Shown in pieces: positions 8,778 to 15,135 of a stretch of DNA of 54,265 nucleotides (the stretch's first letter is position 1; the number at the start of each line of letters is the position of its first letter). The position numbers and the translations under genes were made by a program. The stretch covers positions 1 to 54,265 of the IMG/VR virus record IMGVR_UViG_3300032083_001527; one strand, given 5' to 3'. The stretch is from a virus. Taxonomy: Duplodnaviria; Caudoviricetes. A model generated the notes under the pieces. That model had not been told where the DNA came from, made no database searches, and saw nothing but the letters and a program-made list of their open reading frames with translations.

Positions 8778-9185
8778 TTATTGAAATTTGTTTAGTATTA
8801 ATGTATCAATAGAGTTTTGTATTGTTTTTTTATCTGCTTCAAGTTGAAACATAATGTTAGCGTTAAACCTCTCTTTCTCAACGCCATTATCAAATATAAC
8901 AACCGTAGGTATAGCAGTTATATTGTATTCTGTTTGTAAGCTAGTACAGTGCATTATATCAACCCTGTATTTACCAGCTTCTTTTAATTTTGTTATTTCA
9001 TTAAATTGATTAGCAGAGTTCCAGTCAGCCCAAAACTCTACAACAGAAATATCTTTAGCAATTTTATCGTCAAAATTACTAGCAGTAATAACTTCTTGAG
9101 TTAACCCCATTGTTGTACCAAGAAAATATATTATTACTATAGTAGCAATATAAGCCCAAGTTGTAACGTCTATTCTTTTTTTCAT
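8778..9185 (-). CDS. Exported thioredoxin-fold protein lacking CxxC
   Basis: N-terminal hydrophobic helix; VVEFWADWNSAN in place of FWAxWCxxC; cis-Pro loop ITAIPTVVIF.NG.E. Confidence 0.75.
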   Translation of the reverse strand: MKKRIDVTTWAYIATIVIIYFLGTTMGLTQEVITASNFDDKIAKDISVVEFWADWNSANQFNEITKLKEAGKYRVDIMHCTSLQTEYNITAIPTVVIFDNGVEKERFNANIMFQLEADKKTIQNSIDTLILNKFQ

Positions 9186-9526
9186 TTTCTTAATAGTTTT
9201 ATTTCGTCCTTCAACTCATCCATTTCTTTTATTACTGCGTCAATTTTATTACGAGCCATTTGATCTTTCATATTAAACTCCATACGAGTTGGTGGCCATG
9301 TATTTGTAGCCGCTGGATCACCCATGTCAATTGCATATATACCAGTACCTGGTTTAGGTAGCTCTAAAGCTTTTTCAACCTTAGCTTCTAGTTCACCAAA
9401 CTTAGAATTAATACTAGCCATTAAACCGAAATAAGCAGATATAACCGTAGCAACAGCTACAACTATACTGATTAATGTTTTAACGCTAATTTGAAACTTG
9501 CTTTCTTCTGAAAGTTCTTTACTCAT
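9182..9526 (-). CDS. Single-TM membrane protein with coiled coils
   Basis: TLISIVVAVATVISAYFGL followed by heptads. Confidence 0.65.
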   Translation of the reverse strand: MSKELSEESKFQISVKTLISIVVAVATVISAYFGLMASINSKFGELEAKVEKALELPKPGTGIYAIDMGDPAATNTWPPTRMEFNMKDQMARNKIDAVIKEMDELKDEIKLLRK

Positions 9527-10235
9527 TGTAATATATTTTACCGTTTTCTATATATAAACCCTGTCTCACTTTAATCGCTTGCCCATTAATATTATATATT
9601 ACACTATTTTGCTTAGATTTATCTAACAACTCATCTATACCAGAGTCACAAGGATAACCTGTATCACAATCTATATATTCAGTAACATACTCTACAAACT
9701 CTACGTATTCTATTTCTACAACTGTATCGTAAACTATTACATCAACGTATTCAATAACATCAACAAACAATGTATCTAATACATCCTCGTAAACAAATAC
9801 AGTATCAGTTATATAAATGTATTCCGGAACAAAAGTTTCGATCTCTACGGTGTCTAAAACAATATTATAAACGTATTCAGTTTCAACTATAGTATCAAAT
9901 ATAAACTCAAGCTCTGTTGATGTTATATAAACAGTATCACAACCTAGTGGTGGTGGTGGACCTATAGGACCGCAGTCACCTATTGTTGTTGGCTCAGCTT
10001 CTGCTTCGTCAGCACCATCTGCACAATCCTCCCAGCCATCGTTTAAATAAAATAAACCACCTTCACCGTTAGGTACACAACCGTTAGGCGAGTACTGTGT
10101 CCAGTTTGTTGGATCATCTCCACAGTAAAAACCATTTTGTTCTGCACACGCTAAACATAATTCTTGAAAATCGTATTCTTGCGCATTAACCAACGAGCCA
10201 ATAAACGCAAATAGTATTAAAATATATTTCTTCAT
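9519..10235 (-). CDS. Secreted Cys-rich acidic protein with LDLa-like motif, DT-hydrophobic repeats and T9SS-like CTD
   Basis: Sec signal MKKYILILFAFIGSLVNAQ; NDGWEDCADGADE; DTVY/DTIV/DTVE/DTVF/DTLF/DTVV; IYNINGQAI..GLYIENGK. Confidence 0.65.
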   Translation of the reverse strand: MKKYILILFAFIGSLVNAQEYDFQELCLACAEQNGFYCGDDPTNWTQYSPNGCVPNGEGGLFYLNDGWEDCADGADEAEAEPTTIGDCGPIGPPPPLGCDTVYITSTELEFIFDTIVETEYVYNIVLDTVEIETFVPEYIYITDTVFVYEDVLDTLFVDVIEYVDVIVYDTVVEIEYVEFVEYVTEYIDCDTGYPCDSGIDELLDKSKQNSVIYNINGQAIKVRQGLYIENGKIYYNE

Positions 10236-10239
10236 AATT

Positions 10240-10362
10240 TTATTTTTTTAAATATTTTTTATCACTGGTTATTTTATACATAAGGTTTTTAAAATACCTA
10301 GGTTTACCCTTTGGGTATTCGCGTTTTGTAAATGCAGAAAATCCTTTCATCTTAAATGCCAT
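10240..10362 (-). CDS. 40-aa basic peptide with MAFKMKGFS leader (not in ORF track)
   Basis: MAFKMKGFSAFTKREYPKGKPRYFKNLMYKITSDKKYLKK; exactly fills the gap between flanking genes. Confidence 0.75.
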   Translation of the reverse strand: MAFKMKGFSAFTKREYPKGKPRYFKNLMYKITSDKKYLKK

Positions 10363-10364
10363 AA

Positions 10365-11417
10365 TTAAAATATTAAATAGTTAAAACCAAACTTCACTTC
10401 ATATACTGGTTTGTCCCAGTACTTCATATGAGTTCCTTCAATAAACATTCCAAGTGATTTAGTAATCCTTGAACCAAATACAATACCAGCATCCCACTCG
10501 ATGTTATCGTACTTTTCTTTTCCATACTCAAATGAGTACTCATCTAATCCATAATGTAACGGTAAACAATTAGCCCACACGTGTAGCCACAATTTAGGTG
10601 TATACTTGTAATAAGCTAAACCTATAACAGCACTTAGCTCTCTTTGTGAACCTAACTTTTCTAACTCTTGCTCATTAAACCTAGCAACAGCGTCGCCAAA
10701 ATAGTGGTGGAAAAACTCGTCGTTTGAGGTAGCGATAAGCACGGAATCTCCACCACTAACATCGTACCAATTCTGGTCGATATAAAATCCTTGTATCCAC
10801 ATTTCTGGAGCGTAACCAAAGTCTTCTGCTAGATCTTGAAATGTTGATTCACCTGGTACCCAAAAATCTTCTATTGGATTAACACCATACACTGGGTGTA
10901 TTCTACCAACAGCACCAATAGTAAAATCCCAATTACCTTTAGTTAACCTAAGCCTAGTGTCAAACGATCCAAACTTTAAATTAACTCTTTGGTTATCTGT
11001 ATACTGTAGTTTAGTAACACAACTATTACCTAGATATCTTAACCATAGGTTTTGATTATTAAATACCTCTCCACGTTCACGAACAAAAGAATAGTTTAGT
11101 AAGTACTCCCAACCAATAGCATTACCTATAGTTACGTTGTCACTTACTCCATCTTCAGTTCCGTAATACCACGTCTTAACCTTATACTCATAATCCATAC
11201 GAGCAATTTTCCTCAGACCTATAGTTAAGTTGTAATCATAAGGATTAACTTGTGTTACATCTTCGTATCCTTTGTTTACAGCGGTGTAATCTTCTGTTTC
11301 AACAAATGAAGTACCCATTGTCATTGAAGTATAAAACGTTGAGTACTTAAAAAAATCTTTTATTTGAGAAGTACAAATAGTACTTATCATTAAGAATAAT
11401 ATAATTATCTTTTTCAT
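10365..11417 (-). CDS. Putative outer-membrane beta-barrel protein
   Basis: Signal peptide, aromatic-rich amphipathic beta-strands, C-terminal YEVKFGFNYLIF (beta-signal-like, ends in Phe). Confidence 0.65.
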   Translation of the reverse strand: MKKIIILFLMISTICTSQIKDFFKYSTFYTSMTMGTSFVETEDYTAVNKGYEDVTQVNPYDYNLTIGLRKIARMDYEYKVKTWYYGTEDGVSDNVTIGNAIGWEYLLNYSFVRERGEVFNNQNLWLRYLGNSCVTKLQYTDNQRVNLKFGSFDTRLRLTKGNWDFTIGAVGRIHPVYGVNPIEDFWVPGESTFQDLAEDFGYAPEMWIQGFYIDQNWYDVSGGDSVLIATSNDEFFHHYFGDAVARFNEQELEKLGSQRELSAVIGLAYYKYTPKLWLHVWANCLPLHYGLDEYSFEYGKEKYDNIEWDAGIVFGSRITKSLGMFIEGTHMKYWDKPVYEVKFGFNYLIF

Positions 11418-11426
11418 ATTGCTTTT

Positions 11427-11618
11427 TTAATAATCTACTCCTTTTACACCGTATTTTTTTTCTCTTTCTATTTTAGCTTGTTTATTTTTTTCCAAAGCTT
11501 CTTTAATAGCCTTGTCCACTGAGCTAGGGTCAGCTGAGTGGGTAAACTTTTTTGTTTTAAATTGGGGTTTTTCGCCATCTTTTTTAAAGCCAGAAAAGCC
11601 TTTCATTTTGAATGCCAT
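11427..11618 (-). CDS. Small basic protein with MAFKMKGFSGF leader
   Basis: 63-aa ORF with shared leader. Confidence 0.7.
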   Translation of the reverse strand: MAFKMKGFSGFKKDGEKPQFKTKKFTHSADPSSVDKAIKEALEKNKQAKIEREKKYGVKGVDY

Positions 11619-11620
11619 AG

Positions 11621-12079
11621 TTATATTGTTTTATATGTTATTGTTACTGTTTCACCACAATCAATAGCTTCTGCTATACGTGGGTATATTCTTTTATAAG
11701 CTTGCGTTGACTTACCTATAAAACCGTCCTTCTTGATTTGATTGTTTTCTTGTGAGTCTCCGACGAGTAGGCAACCTGCCGTGTGCTCGTCAGTATTGCC
11801 GCAGTGAATAAGAATATACTCAAAACCAGGCACATCAAGAACATGAAGCATGCCAACATGAATACTATCAAAACGCTGCGAATACTTCGCGTGATAGCCA
11901 CCAACTTTGCGTAAACCCAAGTTGTAAGTTCCTTCAGGTATTCTTGTCTCGCCATATTTTTTCTCATCTCTATATTCATCTTCAAGAGTGTATGCTAAAA
12001 ATTTATTATTTGTTTTATCTATTAATATTCCGTTAGTACTATCAGTACCACTAGAAAATCTAATTACTTCTAATTCCAT
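11621..12079 (-). CDS. DUF5675-like protein (putative L,D-peptidase-type lysin)
   Basis: R....STNG.L..YTLED..IPEGTY..ILIHCGNT..TAGCLLVG (His/Cys pattern). Confidence 0.75.
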   Translation of the reverse strand: MELEVIRFSSGTDSTNGILIDKTNNKFLAYTLEDEYRDEKKYGETRIPEGTYNLGLRKVGGYHAKYSQRFDSIHVGMLHVLDVPGFEYILIHCGNTDEHTAGCLLVGDSQENNQIKKDGFIGKSTQAYKRIYPRIAEAIDCGETVTITYKTI

Positions 12080-12080
12080 A

Positions 12081-12377
12081 TTATCTTAGTATTACAGATA
12101 TATTAGGTGCTGTACCTGCTGTTGTTATTCTTAAGTTAAAACTATTACTATTAAAACTAACATTATCTTCTAACACTAAACTAGACTTTACAGGTATATC
12201 AACTTCTTTTATTAGTGTAAAAGTATTAGTACCATCATACAGGTCTACTGTTATAGTAACAGCATTACTAGTGTTAACATTAGCAATTAATATCTTGTTT
12301 ATATTACCACTTGTTGTTCCACCTTTTCTTATTACAACAGTAGTTGCTGCACCTGTTATGTTTTTATATACCGCCAT
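12081..12377 (-). CDS. Small beta-rich putative virion protein
   Basis: Thr/Asn/Val-rich all-beta sequence. Confidence 0.55.
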   Translation of the reverse strand: MAVYKNITGAATTVVIRKGGTTSGNINKILIANVNTSNAVTITVDLYDGTNTFTLIKEVDIPVKSSLVLEDNVSFNSNSFNLRITTAGTAPNISVILR

Positions 12378-12378
12378 G

Positions 12379-12606
12379 TTATGTTAAAGTTAATTGTACG
12401 CTTTTAGAAACATCACCTCTACCAAAATCTTTAACTACAGTTACCGTGACACTATATGCGCCCCTACTCTCTGTCATATCACCAAACGAAACCACAGTGC
12501 CACTAGGACTAGCGATGGCATTAGCATCTCTACTATCTTTTATAGCGATCCTACCTTCTTTTAAAGAGTTTCTATGTTCTATTTGAGCACTGTTTATAAA
12601 CTTCAT
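12379..12606 (-). CDS. Hypothetical protein
   Basis: 75-aa ORF packed in the operon. Confidence 0.55.
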   Translation of the reverse strand: MKFINSAQIEHRNSLKEGRIAIKDSRDANAIASPSGTVVSFGDMTESRGAYSVTVTVVKDFGRGDVSKSVQLTLT

Positions 12607-12671
12607 TTTAATAATTTGTAGCTACACGCTGCAACAACGATAGCTGTTATACATATTGGACAAGGGCACAT
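12603..12671 (-). CDS. 22-aa Cys-rich hydrophobic micro-protein (not in ORF track)
   Basis: MCPCPICITAIVVAACSYKLLK; start overlaps upstream TAA (TAATG) and stop overlaps downstream ATG (ATGA). Confidence 0.55.
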   Translation of the reverse strand: MCPCPICITAIVVAACSYKLLK

Positions 12672-12850
12672 TATATTTCTAATCCAAAGTTTAATATCAT
12701 TAATCTAAACCTAGTACACTTGCCTTTGTTTTTACAAACCCAGCAAGGACAAAACATTAATTCAAACACTGTTAAAGTACTTATTCTTAATGCTATTTCG
12801 TATCTATCTTTTTTGTTACCTGATTTCCAGGAGTTTATCCAATTTATCAT
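12671..12850 (-). CDS. 59-aa protein with CPCWVC..C motif (not in ORF track)
   Basis: MINWINSWKSGNKKDRYEIALRISTLTVFELMFCPCWVCKNKGKCTRFRLMILNFGLEI, with A-rich leader. Confidence 0.7.
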   Translation of the reverse strand: MINWINSWKSGNKKDRYEIALRISTLTVFELMFCPCWVCKNKGKCTRFRLMILNFGLEI

Positions 12851-12865
12851 ATTTATTATTTTAGT

Positions 12866-13189
12866 TTAACAATTCCACCTACGTCTAGCGGCTTTACCTC
12901 TTTCGCTGGTCCAACTTCTTGATCTAGCACAGAAAGATTTTCTACGCTTAGAATCTTTGCTACCAGCTTTTAACTTAGATGGCTTAGTAGTGACAGCAGT
13001 CTGCAAATTACTACCTGGATTATTACGCTTATATTCATCAACCCCCTTTTGAGATATACCTCCACCAGCAGCTCCGCCAGTAGCACTCTTATCTTTAGAT
13101 ACCGGGTTGAAGTTTTTACCTCTACCTATAGTTCTACGAACATCTGGTTTTTTCTTTTTAAAAGGATTACTTGTTTGTATATAAGCCAT
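12866..13189 (-). CDS. Basic protein with MAYIQxxNPFKK leader and DUF6321-like module
   Basis: Likely start ATG 13189 (TAATG coupling); GGISQKGV..Y.R.NPGS.LQTAV..RRKSFCARS..ARRRWNC. Confidence 0.7.
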   Translation of the reverse strand: MAYIQTSNPFKKKKPDVRRTIGRGKNFNPVSKDKSATGGAAGGGISQKGVDEYKRNNPGSNLQTAVTTKPSKLKAGSKDSKRRKSFCARSRSWTSERGKAARRRWNC

Positions 13190-13449
13190 TATTCTCCACA
13201 TTTTTTATCTGGATTAGCAACCTGTCTCCAGTCTTGCTTAACCCAGTCTCTTAAACCTTTACTTCTAGTGCTGCCATCTCTGATCCAGCTTTTACTACTT
13301 CTAACTTTTTTACCTTTATCAGCAGCACTTTTTTTAGCATTAATTACTTTTTGCTTTTCTTCTGAGCTCATGCTTTTAATCTTAGCTAGAGGTAAGCAAA
13401 CTTTTCTTGTGGCCTTTTTAAAGGGATTTGACTTTTGTATATAAGGCAT
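13189..13449 (-). CDS. Basic protein with MPYIQKSNPFKK leader
   Basis: Modules CLPLAKIKSMS.EEK and GLRDWVKQDW..CG. Confidence 0.7.
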   Translation of the reverse strand: MPYIQKSNPFKKATRKVCLPLAKIKSMSSEEKQKVINAKKSAADKGKKVRSSKSWIRDGSTRSKGLRDWVKQDWRQVANPDKKCGE

Positions 13450-13748
13450 TATTTGTTTTTTAACTTATTATATAAATACTTACCACCCTTATATATATCC
13501 CTAGCCATCATAGCTTGTCCTACTCCCGGCATAAATCTACTACCAATCTTAACCAACGCTTTACCAGCTAACTTGCCAGCAGCTTTTCTACCAGCTGTAG
13601 TAGCTAGTTTACCAGCAGCTTTAGTAATAGCAGTTGATTTAGCTTTTTTCTTTATATACTCTGGCGCTGCTTTAACAACGTCGTCTTTTATTTCTTTTAG
13701 ATTATCTTTAGATTTAAACCCAGAAAAACCTTTCATTTTAAATGCCAT
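13449..13748 (-). CDS. Basic protein with MAFKMKGFSGF leader and amphipathic helix
   Basis: KAAGKLA twice, RFMPGVGQAMMARD. Confidence 0.7.
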   Translation of the reverse strand: MAFKMKGFSGFKSKDNLKEIKDDVVKAAPEYIKKKAKSTAITKAAGKLATTAGRKAAGKLAGKALVKIGSRFMPGVGQAMMARDIYKGGKYLYNKLKNK

Positions 13749-14290
13749 TATACTTTACTTTTTATATGTTCAAACATTTGTTCACCTAACATTTCACCCA
13801 TCTTACTATCAGATCGATAATGTGCTTTAGCTATGTTTCTACTTTTAGATATATTTTTACCAGCTTGTATAAACTGTTTTGCAGCTTGTGGGTGTTTCTT
13901 AGCTAGCACCATACCAATTAAAATACCTTGTGCTGAATGACCACTAGGATATGATGGTGTTTTCATAGAGCTCATTTCGTGATCTTGCATTTTAATACCT
14001 AGTTTTTTAGCTATAACCTTTGGCCTTGGTCTGTTGAAATGTTTTTTTAATTTCAATATTATAGGTGCTGACTTTTTTATTATACTACCGACTAAAGTAC
14101 TGTCGTAGTTTTTTACATTATTTTTAACAGCAACATCAGCAAACGTTTTCTCTATATTGTCATACTTCTTTACATTACCTTTATCCATAGGTATAGAATT
14201 AATTTGCTTTACCTCCTGCATTGTTTTAAAAGAATTATCAGAAGGTGGTTTTATATTTTTAAACTTATCTATATTAAAACCTTTAAACAT
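13748..14290 (-). CDS. Soluble PAP2-superfamily phosphatase (acid phosphatase/haloperoxidase-like)
   Basis: All three motifs present: KKHFNRPRP, SYPSGHS, SRNIAKAHYRSD. Confidence 0.85.
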   Translation of the reverse strand: MFKGFNIDKFKNIKPPSDNSFKTMQEVKQINSIPMDKGNVKKYDNIEKTFADVAVKNNVKNYDSTLVGSIIKKSAPIILKLKKHFNRPRPKVIAKKLGIKMQDHEMSSMKTPSYPSGHSAQGILIGMVLAKKHPQAAKQFIQAGKNISKSRNIAKAHYRSDSKMGEMLGEQMFEHIKSKV

Positions 14291-14825
14291 TTTTGTTTTG
14301 TTTTTTTAATGTAATCTTAGCTTGTTTAGCTAATCTCGCTTGCTCCATTTTACCCATAACCTTAGCTCTTTGTTCTAGTACTGTTAGTATTTGTACTTTT
14401 CTAGCATACGGTTTATTTATATTCATTACTTTAGATATAGTCTTTCTAGCATCAGCAACTGTAGCAAATTTAATACCAACGGTATCTTTAGGATTCTCAT
14501 CTGTATATAATCTTCTACCACTACCTTTAGGTTTTTTACCGGTTCCAACTAGTGGATCTTTTTTAAGAGGTGAATCTTCTTTTTTACCTAAACGTTTTCT
14601 TACTATGTTCATAACAGTTTTCATCTTACGAGCATAGCTAGGGTTTTTACCTCTATTAAAAACGTATTGTTGATTTAAACTACTTATTATTTTAGATAAA
14701 TTACTTTTCCTAGTTTTAATTAACCACGATGCTAAAGCGCTAGGTGCTAGTTCTTTAAATTTACCTTTAGCGTCTGGTGCATCTGAATCATGCCATGTAA
14801 TTGACTTAGATGTTTTCTTTGCCAT
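14283..14825 (-). CDS. Two-module basic protein
   Basis: Modules separated by SPLKK; second begins DPLVGTGKKPKGSGRRLYTDENPKDTV. Confidence 0.65.
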   Translation of the reverse strand: MAKKTSKSITWHDSDAPDAKGKFKELAPSALASWLIKTRKSNLSKIISSLNQQYVFNRGKNPSYARKMKTVMNIVRKRLGKKEDSPLKKDPLVGTGKKPKGSGRRLYTDENPKDTVGIKFATVADARKTISKVMNINKPYARKVQILTVLEQRAKVMGKMEQARLAKQAKITLKKQNKNV

Positions 14826-14828
14826 TGC

Positions 14829-15116
14829 TTAACACTTGTGATTAGAAGCCCACATATTAGCGTACGCGCTAGGATACACATCAAACTTTCTTTTAGCTGC
14901 AGCCTTTTGACAAGGCTTTAGTTTCTTCATAGGACCACTAATAGCTTTATCTATTTTACTAGCTTGATTAGCGTGAAGCTTGCTAGCCTTTTTTAATTGA
15001 GTAGAAACTTTACTTAATGAAGCTTTACTTAATTTAAAAGGATTAGTCATTTGCTCAGCCCTACGTCTACCGCAGCCAGTTCTAGGTATTGGATTATTTT
15101 TTTGTATATATGCCAT
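14829..15116 (-). CDS. Basic protein with MAYIQKNNP leader
   Basis: Likely start ATG 15116, since the longer track ORF overlaps the giant gene; NPFKL and GPMKK separators; KRKFDVYPSAYANMWAS module. Confidence 0.7.
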   Translation of the reverse strand: MAYIQKNNPIPRTGCGRRRAEQMTNPFKLSKASLSKVSTQLKKASKLHANQASKIDKAISGPMKKLKPCQKAAAKRKFDVYPSAYANMWASNHKC

Positions 15117-15120
15117 ATTT

Positions 15121-15133
15121 ATTATTATTACAC
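15121..15133 (-). promoter_or_regulatory. Possible late-promoter motif copy (GTGTAATAATAAT)
   Basis: Intergenic TGTAA motif ahead of the small basic gene cluster. Confidence 0.35.
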
Positions 15134-15135
15134 GT

